DNA of 64,000 bases from an uncultured Desulfosarcina sp. (GCA_963674945.2 CAXXWQ010000004.1:2112001-2176000), one strand, 5' to 3'. Counted from the stretch's first letter, positions 42,480-52,990 are shown. The notes: generated from the letters alone by a model not told the origin. Program-made: numbers and translations.

Positions 42480-44600
42480 TTAAACTGGAAGCAAATTTCT
42501 CTTGGCCAAGTCATCGGCGACGTCTGATAGTCCAAACTTCTCAAGCGTAGCTCTGGTAGGGACTCCGTCGACCCAGCCTCGCTCCTTATAGTAATCCTGT
42601 ATTGTCGCATCGAAACCGGACTTCATGGTTAAATTTCTTCCATCAGAGCCCTTTCTTTCAAAATGCATATCCCATAATGTGTCTACGGCTTTGCCCCAGA
42701 ATGGATCGTTCACGGTGGTGTATCCATCCCTGACCCAGATTGCCCGGACCAGGTTTGTAATCATCTCACCAGTTTTTTCCAGTTCTTCATGAGTTACGTC
42801 TCTGCCAAAGATGGCGCTTAGATATTCACTGCCGCCGTGGGGAGAGTGGTCCATCCAATCCTTGTAGTCGCGGGTTGCAACTACAGGACGATTGCTTACT
42901 TTGCTGTACTCGATACACCCGACCGCACTGCTGCCGACATAGCAAAGGTGCATGCTTTCCAGGACGGAGATTATATTCTCGAACTTTATTACCGCATGTG
43001 CGACTTCAGGTCCCCAATAATACATATCAAGGATCTTGTTCGTACCAGGCCCAAGCCATTTCTCCCTGACGGCCGGAGGAACAGCGCTGGGAAACTTTGT
43101 AGTGATATTGCCCCACATGAACTCAGGTTCCGACCCTGTCCTGTCCCCGACTGCGGTGTAGATGGATCTGGCCGCATTGGGGACATACTGCCCGTGCCCG
43201 CTTTCAAGGCAGCCCATATTACCGGCTTTTGAGTTGATCCGCTGGTAGATAAATAGCATTTTGTGCCTGTCAGGCCCGAACTCTTCGTGTTCGATAATGT
43301 ATTTTGTCGCATATCGGAATCCCCTGGCCAGAACATCACCAAATCCATCTCGGTAACTTACCATCTGAATAAACCGCTGGCTGAATTCGCTGGTCCCAAA
43401 TTTGTCCCAGGGAAGACCGGTGTTGGTCTCATTCAAAATTCCGAAGAGGTACCCTTGATAGAGCCAGTCTCCTCCAAGAAGGGATCCTTCGGCATTCTCC
43501 TTTTCATCAAACGGCCCTTTATGTCCATAAAGTGGTGCCAGAATGCAGAAATCATGTATGTTCAGTCCCATATCATCGCATAGCGCAGTGAATTCGTAAC
43601 TCACCGGACCCAACATCTTTTTACTCCAGTTGTTAGCGATCGCTTCCGGGACACTCCAGCCAATATTTGATCCACATTGCATACTTGTGGTGGGCTGTGA
43701 ACCGTCGACAAAACTGTATTTCGTGCGGCAAAAAGCTGCACACGCTTCACAGGCGTTGGGTTTGATTTTGACCTTGCCCAGTCTGGCCAGATCTCTTAAC
43801 TGCGTTTCTGCGCCCACACTTCCGTGGCCCACGGCACGGGTCTCATCCCACTCCACACCTACAACCTCTTGTCCGTTAACGGTTCTCTTTTCACCCACTT
43901 GTATACTGCAAAACTTGGCCCTTTCTTTATTGATCTCAAGGAGTTTTAGAGGTCTGGCGACGTTAACTCTGCCTGTACCGCGCATGGCGATCGCCTTCAA
44001 CTTTTTGGATCCCATCACCGCACCGAACCCGCCACGCCCAAAGGCAACATTGCAAGCCGTTAATATGATAGCGGAGACAACCATATTCTCCCCTGCAGGA
44101 CCGATGGAGGCCACAACAGTTTGTTTATCGTGTTTCTGCCAGAGAAGGGAGCGGGTGTTGCGCGTCGTTTTCCCCCATAAATCCTGCGCGTCTCTGATTT
44201 CCACCTTTTTATTCGTTATCCATAAATATACAGGCAGGTCCGCCTTTCCTTGAATGATCAGGGCGTCGTATCCCGCACGCTTTAATTCGGGGGCAAACAT
44301 AGCAGACTGTGAGTGGGTGAACGTTGAAACAGGTTGCCATACAGGAGACTTGGCAGCACACGCACCTTTGGAACTGCCGATCGTGCCCGTTGCCGTCGCT
44401 GGCCCGGAGGCGAAGATCAGTTTGTTTTCCGGATCAAAGGGCTTTACTTCCGGCCCGATCTCATCCCAGTATATTCTGGCGCACAGACCCTTCGAGCCCA
44501 GGTATTTCGGCAGGTATGTATCGATCGGTTCCTCGGTGATTTCCCTGGTTGTAAGATCCACTCTCAGGATTTTCCCCACGTATCCGTATAACACTGCCAT
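42480..44600 (-). CDS. Aldehyde:ferredoxin oxidoreductase (AOR/WOR) family W/Mo-pterin enzyme
   Basis: GY.GKILRVDLT, IGPAGEN, GRGGFGAVMGSKKLKAI, CEACAAFC and YY..RGW..GVPT motifs. Confidence 0.92.
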   Translation of the reverse strand: MAVLYGYVGKILRVDLTTREITEEPIDTYLPKYLGSKGLCARIYWDEIGPEVKPFDPENKLIFASGPATATGTIGSSKGACAAKSPVWQPVSTFTHSQSAMFAPELKRAGYDALIIQGKADLPVYLWITNKKVEIRDAQDLWGKTTRNTRSLLWQKHDKQTVVASIGPAGENMVVSAIILTACNVAFGRGGFGAVMGSKKLKAIAMRGTGRVNVARPLKLLEINKERAKFCSIQVGEKRTVNGQEVVGVEWDETRAVGHGSVGAETQLRDLARLGKVKIKPNACEACAAFCRTKYSFVDGSQPTTSMQCGSNIGWSVPEAIANNWSKKMLGPVSYEFTALCDDMGLNIHDFCILAPLYGHKGPFDEKENAEGSLLGGDWLYQGYLFGILNETNTGLPWDKFGTSEFSQRFIQMVSYRDGFGDVLARGFRYATKYIIEHEEFGPDRHKMLFIYQRINSKAGNMGCLESGHGQYVPNAARSIYTAVGDRTGSEPEFMWGNITTKFPSAVPPAVREKWLGPGTNKILDMYYWGPEVAHAVIKFENIISVLESMHLCYVGSSAVGCIEYSKVSNRPVVATRDYKDWMDHSPHGGSEYLSAIFGRDVTHEELEKTGEMITNLVRAIWVRDGYTTVNDPFWGKAVDTLWDMHFERKGSDGRNLTMKSGFDATIQDYYKERGWVDGVPTRATLEKFGLSDVADDLAKRNLLPV

Positions 44601-44602
44601 TG

Positions 44603-45172
44603 TTATTTGCCTCCCATATATCCGGTGTTAACCCCATTTGGGTCTGTGTAATAGGTTAGCGCCCCGAACGGACACATCTTTACACATTGTGGATCTCCAT
44701 TGCACAGATTGCATTTCGTTGCTTTTTTCTTCACTTCATCGTAGCGAATGCGAGGGGGGTCATACGGGCAGTGCTTTATGCATTCCTGGCAACCAATGCA
44801 CCGCTTCTCATCAATAACTCTGGCGCCAGTTATTTCGTCAACCTTGATGGCATTTGTGGGACAATAGCGCATACACTCGGGTGCAACACATTGTAGGCAT
44901 GGTTTGGCGGTATTGTCCCATTCTTCGTAACGCTTATTATCGACTTGGATTCTAGCGATATCCGGAGCGGCTACGCCATCGTTGTAGAGGGTACAGGTAA
45001 ACACACAAATTGAACACCCGGCGCACATCTTATCATTAACCAACAGCACGCCTTTTGATGGTGCCACGGAGAGGGGCAATGCAAAGCCCTTTCGACCTCG
45101 GGCACCGGGTGACCCGGTTTTTCCTTTGGACTTGTTGGGATTGAAGGCCGCAGTCATTTCTTTTTTGGGCAT
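44603..45172 (-). CDS. 4Fe-4S dicluster (DmsB/AorA-like) electron-transfer subunit
   Basis: Four Cys clusters CAGCSICVFTC, CLQC...C...CP, CIGCQECIKHCP and CNLC...CVKMCP; AAGGA RBS. Confidence 0.9.
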   Translation of the reverse strand: MPKKEMTAAFNPNKSKGKTGSPGARGRKGFALPLSVAPSKGVLLVNDKMCAGCSICVFTCTLYNDGVAAPDIARIQVDNKRYEEWDNTAKPCLQCVAPECMRYCPTNAIKVDEITGARVIDEKRCIGCQECIKHCPYDPPRIRYDEVKKKATKCNLCNGDPQCVKMCPFGALTYYTDPNGVNTGYMGGK

Positions 45173-45516
45173 GGTGGTTTTTCCTTTTGATGATTCCATG
45201 TCGTTATTCGTCGTTTCTTTGCCTGTCTATATACTGAACACCGACATTGCTGAACCTGAAAAGCTTACAACCTTACCGGCACATATTGCAATAACAATTT
45301 CGTCACATCTTTTATAAGGTTATATAAAATAATTTTTTAAAAACATAATAAATGTAATTAAAGGTATTATGTTGACAAATGGAATTCGATTGGTGTACAC
45401 GGTCTTAAAATCGTTCCTTTGGTGCAGACGTTTCAGTTTGCCGGTATGGGAAACAAGTAGAGTCAATCCAAATGATGGGTGCGGCAGCACTTTGAAGAAC
45501 AAAGGAGATTATAATT

Positions 45517-46761
45517 ATGGCGACACGACAACTGAAACTGGGGAAAATGGAAAATGCTCCTGAATGGTATGGTAAGCCATTCGAGGAACAGCATTTCGAG
45601 TGGAGCAGGGAAGAAGAGAGGATACTCGAACGCTTCTGTGAAAGAATACTGGCAAATTGTGAAGAAGAGGAGATGACACCGCTTCAGCGCTACGAGGCCA
45701 CCTGGCAGGGAAAAGAAAAGGACAGATTGCACATCGAACTCAAATACTTCGGCCCTATCGCGACGCGAACCCTTGACTGCTATGCCGATGCCCTTAAGCC
45801 GGGTGATGTGTACAAACGGCCCAAGCTTCATGTCATGGCGCACCTGGCGTTTGCCGCAAAGTATAAGCTTGATATTATCAATGTGTCGCCCATCTGCTAC
45901 ACGGAAGAGCTTTGGGGCGCTGACGGAAGAATGATCGACTACGGCACTCCCCAGCAAGTCGGCGGCCCGCCCATAACGACCATGGAGGACTTGGATCGTG
46001 TGGAGACGGCAGACCCCAAAAAACACGGGCTATATCCGGGTTTTCTCTGGGCGGTCAAAGAGATGCAGCGCATCATGGCCAAGTATGGCGTCGACAAAGT
46101 GATGCCCGTAGAAGTCGCCTTCTGTGCCGATCCGTTGGGAACAACCTTTCTTGGCATGACCGGCTTCAGCCAGGGCACGGTGATGATGAAAAAGAATCCC
46201 GAATTATTCAAGGCATGTATGGAAAGAGCGACAGAATGGTCGATCAAATGGGGCAGTGCCGTGAAAGAACTGAATCCAAACGGCTTCTACATGTGTTCCT
46301 TCATGGGCGCTTTTCCACCGCATGTAAAAAAGGTGGACAATTCATGGATAGCGGACCTCAATAAGAAAATAGGCGAGGCAATTATTGCCGCACCGGGTCA
46401 CACGCCCTACATGTGGCACACCATCGGCGCACCCGGATTTGAGCGGTGGATGAAATTGTATTCAGAGCGCGGGGCTGTCGGGCCCGGCAGCTTCGGTGGA
46501 TGGTACATCGGGCATGAGCAGCCCGTCGAAGATTGTTATGCGTTTGCACGGGAGAAAGATCTCTATTGCGCCCTCTCCATCGATGAAAAACTCTCCATCG
46601 ATGGAGACTTCGAAGGGGTCAAGGAATGGCTCAAACCGCGCTGCGCAGAAGCCAAGAAATATCCCAAGCACGGTATCGCCCTCGGTCCTCTTGATTACTG
46701 GACTCCGCAACCGTACATCGAAAAGACGATGGAAATCACCAAAGAGATGGGCAAGTTCTAA
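45517..46761 (+). CDS. UroD/MtaA-CmuA (beta/alpha)8-fold protein, Cys paralog
   Basis: MTPLQRY, PPITTMEDLD, KKNPELFK and YWTP motifs; AAGGAG RBS. Confidence 0.8.
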   Translation: MATRQLKLGKMENAPEWYGKPFEEQHFEWSREEERILERFCERILANCEEEEMTPLQRYEATWQGKEKDRLHIELKYFGPIATRTLDCYADALKPGDVYKRPKLHVMAHLAFAAKYKLDIINVSPICYTEELWGADGRMIDYGTPQQVGGPPITTMEDLDRVETADPKKHGLYPGFLWAVKEMQRIMAKYGVDKVMPVEVAFCADPLGTTFLGMTGFSQGTVMMKKNPELFKACMERATEWSIKWGSAVKELNPNGFYMCSFMGAFPPHVKKVDNSWIADLNKKIGEAIIAAPGHTPYMWHTIGAPGFERWMKLYSERGAVGPGSFGGWYIGHEQPVEDCYAFAREKDLYCALSIDEKLSIDGDFEGVKEWLKPRCAEAKKYPKHGIALGPLDYWTPQPYIEKTMEITKEMGKF

Positions 46762-46795
46762 ATCATGTCATTCAAAACAGGAAGGGAACCATATA

Positions 46796-48043
46796 ATGTT
46801 TAAAGAAAGATTACCGCTTAAAAAAGCGCCTTACTGGTACAACACGCCGTTCGACCAATTGGACTTCGAGTGGACCGTTGAAGAGGAACTGATGATTGAG
46901 CGGTTGTGTGAAAAGATACACAAGAACATCGAAGAAGAGGGGGGGATGACACCGTATGAGCGATTTGAAGCCCTGATGTTCGGCAAGGACAAGGACCGCA
47001 TGTTCATGGGAATCCCGATGGTCAACGTCTATCCTACCAAGACCCTGGATTCGGCGGCCGAAGCCGTCAAACCGATCGATGTCTACCAGTTCCCCAAACT
47101 GTTCATCATGGCTCACCTCTCCTCGGTGGCGCGCTGGGGACTCGACTATCCCTGCACGCACAACATTAATTATGGAGAAGATTTGTGGGGCGGGCAGTCG
47201 TTAATGATCGAATACGGCAATCCGATTCTGGAAGGAAAGGCCCCCATCAAGAGTTTGGAAGACCTTGAGGGCATGCCGGAACCCGATCCGTACAAAGTAG
47301 GGTTGTATCCGGGGTATATGTGGGCACACAAAGAGATGAGGCGGATCTTCACCAAATACAAATTGCCCATGCCGATAATGGCATCCATCTGCCCCGGACC
47401 GCCATTGATGGTAATGATGGGGATGATGGGCTGGACGGAGTTCAGCATCGGCCTGCGAAAAAACCCGGAACTGGTCAGGGCATGCACCGAAATCGCCACA
47501 AAGTGGCTTCTCAAATTCGGCAAGGCCATGATCGATGAGTGCAAACCCGACATTGTGCACATGTGAGCCCAGGACGGCGGTTTCCCGTTGGGAAACAACA
47601 TGTGGATGGTTGATCATTTCACCAAGATCGGCACAACGATCGCTTCGTATGCGGAAAAAGAGATGGGGAAAAAACTGCTCATGACCTATGGCTACGCCTT
47701 TTTGGGCAAAGCGCTCGAGTGGTACCAGATATTTTGGGGTAACGGTGCGCTGGGACCGGTCGGGACGACCTTCAACGGGGGAATCGGCGGACGCGGTGGC
47801 GTTGATTTGGAAAAAGTGGCCGACTGGCACCACGAACACGAGTGCGTTCTGAGTTACACCATCGATGACCACATCACAGAGTTTGGCTCTCCATCCGAAA
47901 TAGAGGAAGCCATCAAAAAGCATTGTCTGGATCATAAGCACATGCCCAGGTTTGCGCCGGCATTCAAGCCACCATACTGGACACCTTTGAAGAACGTGGA
48001 TATCGGGGTCGAGGCACTCAAGAAATACGGCAGGTACGAGTAG
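46796..48043 (+). CDS. UroD/MtaA-fold protein with in-frame UGA (candidate selenocysteine, residue 257)
   Basis: ORFs ending at 47566 and 48043 share a frame; read-through gives 415 aa versus 414 aa for the paralog; TGA aligns with paralog Cys260. Confidence 0.85.
47580..47596 (+). promoter_or_regulatory. Candidate bacterial SECIS hairpin
   Basis: GTTTCCC-GTT-GGGAAAC, 7-bp stem starting 13 nt after UGA, loop begins with G. Confidence 0.65.
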
Positions 48044-48213
48044 TTAACGGCCCGATCCGCATCGAGCATGAAGGACACCTTTCACCGGATATGCCACGCG
48101 AAGATGAGAATCTCAAACATTACCGTGATTGTCATTGGCATAGAGCCCATAAAATGGACCACGTAAAGTAAACCCTTGCCAAAATAGAAGTCATGAAATC
48201 AATACACCAAATT

Positions 48214-48241
48214 GCCAGGGCGATATCCGTATCGCCCTGGC
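48214..48241. terminator. Hairpin terminator
   Basis: GCCAGGGCGATA-TCCG-TATCGCCCTGGC, 12-bp perfect stem between convergent genes. Confidence 0.65.
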
Positions 48242-48274
48242 CAGATGACCAACCGCCAGGTACTCATTTAACTT

Positions 48275-48575
48275 TTAAAATCGAAATCCCAAGAGGACGC
48301 CGACGCTATTGCCACCTACATCTGCGTTGTGGCCTTCCACTTCATATTCAATGGCCGTGTATCGTAAACCGGCATAATAGTATCCAAACAAAATGTCACT
48401 CTGAAGAACAAACCCCAACGCATTATCAAAATCGGCGCCAATTTCATCAACGACACCATCCCCATCTAATGATGGGCGTATATGATATGTGATGCCTCCG
48501 CCAAATCGAAACATTTTCAGTTTATAAAATTCCAATAGCTCTATGGGATAACGGTAAAATGATACATCACAGATC
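48275..48575 (-). pseudogene. C-terminal fragment of an outer-membrane beta-barrel protein
   Basis: DVSFYRYPIELL...FRFGGG...GNSVGVLLGFRF with C-terminal Phe; no signal peptide and a stop just upstream. Confidence 0.6.
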
Positions 48576-48603
48576 TTTTCAAAAGCTTGACATGGCTATA
48601 ATA

Positions 48604-49514
48604 TCAACTGCCTGCCAATGAACGTCTCGATTTCTCGAAGAGATGTTCAATCTCGCTGTAGGATTCCTTGTTCTTATCGGATATGTGCGCAACGGCGGTC
48701 ATTACGCCATTGATATCATCGAGTATTGCGGATGCCGATTGGGATGTGGTATCCATAATTTCCTGAATACCGAGAAAACTCTCCACCTGCTCCTTGGCGG
48801 TCCCGGCAATGAGATCATTGATGTCACTGATTTCATAGATGGTTTTACCGATGACATTGATGCTGTGGATTGCATGGCCGGTGCTGCTTTGTATCTCTTT
48901 TACCTTATCCGTAATTTCTTCAGTGAAGACATAAGACTGTTTGGCCAACTCTTTGACTTCATCGGCAACGACTTTGAAACTCTTTCCGGCCTCACCAGCC
49001 CGGGATGCTTCAATATTGGCATTGAGGGCCAGAATATTGGTTTTCGTCGCAATCTACCTGATCTCTGCCACCACCTGACGAATCTTTTGCGCCGATTCAC
49101 CAAGATTATCGACAATCTCTTTGCCCTTATCGGATTTTGAGACTTTTGCGTTTACAACGGCCGTCGCCTTATCCGTGCTACCACTCACTTCAGACAGGGA
49201 TGAAAGCAATCCACCGACACGTACTACAATTTGACCTACTGTGGCGACCATCTGCTTTGCCTGTCGGCGTTACTCTTTAAAAGTTCGGATATGTTATTGG
49301 TCTTTTCGTGAACGTTGGTTACATTGTTTCTGAGATAGTGATGAAATCTGGTCCATACGACTGACACCCAGATCGGCGGCATACTTTGTGCGGCCGGCAA
49401 CGGTGCCCGAATCGATGGTGACCGCCGTTCCCGCAAACACCACTTGAAAGACAAAAAAAAGCGTCCGCCAAGGATCGTCAATATCGATAAAAAAATCATA
49501 CCCCGATGCATCAT
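48604..49514 (-). pseudogene. Methyl-accepting chemotaxis protein pseudogene
   Basis: [37 protein letters not shown] signalling motif; in-frame TAG at 49054-49056 and a frameshift near 49260. Confidence 0.85.
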
Positions 49515-49620
49515 TCAGGATGGACCGAATTGATCTCTATGTGACACCCTGTATATATTTGTAATAATACTATCTTTTCGATTGGCTACGGATTAGATGA
49601 AAGATAACAAAATTATTGTT

Positions 49621-50277
49621 TCAAGACATGATAATGGCAACTGAATTTGCTGATCTTCCAAAAATGGAAACATCTTTTCCCATGTTCCCATAAACACGCT
49701 GATGCCCGGAAAGACGATCGTATTGAACCCATTCGTTGTCGATACAACCAAGCCCTCTTGACAAGTAAAACTGCTTGAAGTTTTTTTTGTTATCCTCAGA
49801 GAAAAGATGGGCATCAAGGTGTTTATTCCAGCCAACGGGTATGGTGATAAGAAAATCATTTGCCTGGGAAGTCAATCTTTCCAACGCAGAAATCGCAAGA
49901 TACTTATCTTTTTTCAGTCCGTATTCGGTTTGTCCGACGTGTTCTATCGTAGAAATAGATAAAACATTTCTTCCTGATACATCTACTTCAAATAGGCATT
50001 TCCTTATGTTAACCAATGCGTGTTTATCTGTCGGATCAACAATATTACTAATTCTTCCCGGCCAATAGTAAGGTGTAACTGCGCCAATTTCAAATATATC
50101 ATCGTGATCGTCGATCCATTCATCTGCAATCGACAACTCAACCGATCGTTCCGTCATTCGAAAAGGAGGCCAACCACAATTCATATTATGGGTAAACAAG
50201 GTATATGCTTTCCCATTAAAAACAAATTTGTTCGCATCTTTCCATAATCGCAGAGGCCGTGGCTCCTGATATTCCAT
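49621..50277 (-). CDS. Hypothetical protein, possible SAM-methyltransferase-like
   Basis: TERSVE, FEIG and SISTIEHVG motifs; AAGGAG RBS. Confidence 0.6.
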   Translation of the reverse strand: MEYQEPRPLRLWKDANKFVFNGKAYTLFTHNMNCGWPPFRMTERSVELSIADEWIDDHDDIFEIGAVTPYYWPGRISNIVDPTDKHALVNIRKCLFEVDVSGRNVLSISTIEHVGQTEYGLKKDKYLAISALERLTSQANDFLITIPVGWNKHLDAHLFSEDNKKNFKQFYLSRGLGCIDNEWVQYDRLSGHQRVYGNMGKDVSIFGRSANSVAIIMS

Positions 50278-50285
50278 TGTTCTCC

Positions 50286-50600
50286 TTAATTATAAAAGAT
50301 AGCCAGCCAGACAGTAACCTTATTCGGATCAGTCCATGTGACCCGATGTTTTGTATGAGCCGGTATGTTGACATAATCTCCCTTACCCAATTTCACTTCA
50401 ATGCCATCCTCAAAAGAGATGATTGCGCATCCGCCCAACACCAGCACCCATTCATGTTCCTCTTGCTCATACCATCCGTTTTCAGGTGATGACTGGCCTT
50501 TGGAGAGTATCCTTTCTATCCGAACGTTTTTATGCCGTAACAAATCGACAACAAGTTCTTCTTCCATCGTTTCAGGAATTGACGAGAATATGTTTTTCAT
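50286..50600 (-). CDS. Cupin domain protein
   Basis: RIERILS.G, WYEQ...EWV and IPAH.KHRV motifs. Confidence 0.88.
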   Translation of the reverse strand: MKNIFSSIPETMEEELVVDLLRHKNVRIERILSKGQSSPENGWYEQEEHEWVLVLGGCAIISFEDGIEVKLGKGDYVNIPAHTKHRVTWTDPNKVTVWLAIFYN

Positions 50601-51481
50601 TCACGAATATCTTTTCTATGACATGATAGTCCGATTTGCTGTGGTAATTTTGAGACAATCATGTCATTTTTTTCAACACCCAGCAATTTGGCGATTGGAT
50701 CACATTTCGCAATTAATAGAAAAAAAATATTGGGATGGCCACTTCCCATAAGACCTTCAAAGTTCCCCTGCCCTTTCGATATTATGAGATCAGCATTGTT
50801 ATATTCTTCGATAAATTCATCAGAGCAGAATTCAATAAGTGTGGAAGGTGCATCAAAACCATTGGAGATGACCCTGCATACATTATCAAAACCTACCCCA
50901 TCGGCATCTTCGAGTGTTGCGTCGTTGATTACGGGTTTTCCTCGCACAACAAAAGTGATATTCGGATGTTTCATTGTTTCAATAAGCAATTTATCAAAAA
51001 CGATTTCGCCACAATTATCCCCTAAATATAAAATACGTTTCGCCTTTCCGATTTGATTTTGCAATTCTTCCGTCATATCAACTTTCAACTTCATTCGTAA
51101 AAAAGATTCAATCTGACCGGATATATTGTCACTTACACTTTGTGCTCCATAATCGATTATATTGCCAATTACTGATAGTTTTGTCGCTGTAAAAAAAGGA
51201 TTTTCACTCTGATTTACGACTGCTTCCCAATATGAGTATTTCGATAGAAGCATATCATTTGCCTTCAATTTTTCTTCGGCGTATAGGTTAGTATTTCTAA
51301 GATGAAGTCTTGCTGTACGGTGAATTTCGGTTGCCAGATTTGGATTCGGTACATCCCAATTGGTTTCAATCAGCTGATGCACTGATAAAATGAAATTTTC
51401 AGTAACTTTTTCGTCAGGTTTAAATTTTTCAATGAGTTTTTCAACAGTCCTGATATGACAGAAATAGCATTCGTGTCTCAT
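50597..51481 (-). CDS. ARMT1/DUF89 damage-control phosphatase
   Basis: CxxC N-terminus, GNIIDYG, DNCGE, INDAT and SKGQGNFE motifs. Confidence 0.88.
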   Translation of the reverse strand: MRHECYFCHIRTVEKLIEKFKPDEKVTENFILSVHQLIETNWDVPNPNLATEIHRTARLHLRNTNLYAEEKLKANDMLLSKYSYWEAVVNQSENPFFTATKLSVIGNIIDYGAQSVSDNISGQIESFLRMKLKVDMTEELQNQIGKAKRILYLGDNCGEIVFDKLLIETMKHPNITFVVRGKPVINDATLEDADGVGFDNVCRVISNGFDAPSTLIEFCSDEFIEEYNNADLIISKGQGNFEGLMGSGHPNIFFLLIAKCDPIAKLLGVEKNDMIVSKLPQQIGLSCHRKDIRE

Positions 51482-51488
51482 ATATTTC

Positions 51489-52193
51489 TTATCTCTCAAT
51501 AAGAAAACGTTTGTATATTTTATAATGATCCGTTTCCTGGTATGCAACGGCACTTACCGGACTATAGTCAAAACTGTATATCTTAGCCCCTTCGCACGCC
51601 AACAAAATTGGAGAATGTGTCGCGATAATAAACTGTGAATGTCCCGCTTTTCCATTTTCACAAAGAATATCCAGTAACGCAAGTTGACTTTTGGGGGAAA
51701 GTGCTGTTTCTGGTTCATCAAGAAAGTAGATACCCTTTTTCTTATAGCGAGAACGAAAATAAGACATTATGGATTGACCATGGGATTGTGAAACCAGAGA
51801 CTTTCCACCAAAATATTTCAATTGTCCAGGATCGGAGGCTGCCCAATTATCTACCAATGTTCTAAAATCGTTAAATATTTCCGAACCGAAATACGAACCG
51901 GGCACCCTTCCATTTGCCCACTCCAAAGAGATATATTTGTATAATTGCTTCTCATACCGGTTCACCTGGTAGCGCGCGCCTTCATATTTGCGCCAAATAT
52001 GGATATCACTCGCAAGGGCTAATGCCTCCAATAGCGTAGACTTTCCCGTACCATTTTCACCCACGAAAAAAGTTACCGGTGCTTCGAATACGATCTGCTT
52101 CGTTTGGTTGAAGATCGGCAAAGAGAAGGGGTAATGACGACCTGATGGATACTTATCCTGGTGCAATGTAACACTATTTATGTGATTACTCAT
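51489..52193 (-). CDS. ABC/AAA-type ATPase (COG3910-like)
   Basis: GENGTGKST, SHGQS, LDEPETALSP and ATHSP motifs. Confidence 0.88.
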   Translation of the reverse strand: MSNHINSVTLHQDKYPSGRHYPFSLPIFNQTKQIVFEAPVTFFVGENGTGKSTLLEALALASDIHIWRKYEGARYQVNRYEKQLYKYISLEWANGRVPGSYFGSEIFNDFRTLVDNWAASDPGQLKYFGGKSLVSQSHGQSIMSYFRSRYKKKGIYFLDEPETALSPKSQLALLDILCENGKAGHSQFIIATHSPILLACEGAKIYSFDYSPVSAVAYQETDHYKIYKRFLIER

Positions 52194-52249
52194 TGTTTTT
52201 CTATTGTTCCCTCCAGCGGTAAATTACCGGTCGATCGCAAATCGTTGGG

Positions 52250-52990
52250 TTAGCCTCGCTTGATTGCGCCGAAGGCAGCAAAACACGAATTCTTATGTAA
52301 TAGTTCCACTTGATGGAAACCCACTCTCCTCAATAAATCCATTTGATATGTAACCGGCTTCGGTGAATCTTCCCTGTCGATATAATCAAAGACTTTTTCT
52401 TTGTATGATTCCCCACCAACAGAACGAAGATACTCTCCGTACCGTTCCCACATCATCGATTGAATCGGCATGGTTTCGTGTGAAATTAGATCCGTGATCC
52501 ACACACTCCCTCCCGGAGCGGTCAGGCGATAGATCTTCGTAAATGTTGATTCCCAGTCCTGATCATCGCGCAGATGGTGTAAAACAGCCGCTGCCAGGAT
52601 GACATCATATCCTTGTTCGGGCAACGCAAGGACGCGAAAATCTCCATGAAATATTCTGATATTTCCTGAATTGATTTCAAAAATCCGCTCTTTTGCCCTT
52701 TCGAGCATTGGCATGCTAAGATCGACAAGATCGGAATCGAAAGGCGCAACATAGTTTAATAATTGTATCGTATTATTTCCCGCACCACAGCCAATATCCA
52801 ATACCCTTCGTATTCTTTTGGTCGATGCAAAGGCAGCTTGGGCTATCAATTCCATTGCCAGCGGTGCATCCATTGTGGCTGTTTGCCCGGTTTCGATATT
52901 TGAGAACCGTTCGACATCATTATCGAATCTCTGTCTTATGGCATCTATGGATGATTTCTTTTCCAGTACCGTCGTCATCGTTTCACTCAT
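52250..52990 (-). CDS. Class I SAM-dependent methyltransferase
   Basis: VLDIGCGAG, DLSMPML and VLHHL motifs. Confidence 0.88.
   Translation of the reverse strand: MSETMTTVLEKKSSIDAIRQRFDNDVERFSNIETGQTATMDAPLAMELIAQAAFASTKRIRRVLDIGCGAGNNTIQLLNYVAPFDSDLVDLSMPMLERAKERIFEINSGNIRIFHGDFRVLALPEQGYDVILAAAVLHHLRDDQDWESTFTKIYRLTAPGGSVWITDLISHETMPIQSMMWERYGEYLRSVGGESYKEKVFDYIDREDSPKPVTYQMDLLRRVGFHQVELLHKNSCFAAFGAIKRG

Noticed and set aside
46496..48043. Two separate genes (46496-47566 and 47588-48043) or a pseudogene
   Set aside because: The true start is 46796 by RBS and paralog alignment; the TTG at 47588 lies in the hairpin; the single stop aligns with Cys and there are no other lesions.
49054..49056. 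Pyrrolysine read-through of the in-frame TAG in the MCP
   Set aside because: The same gene also has a frameshift and a truncated sensory region; simple decay explains it.
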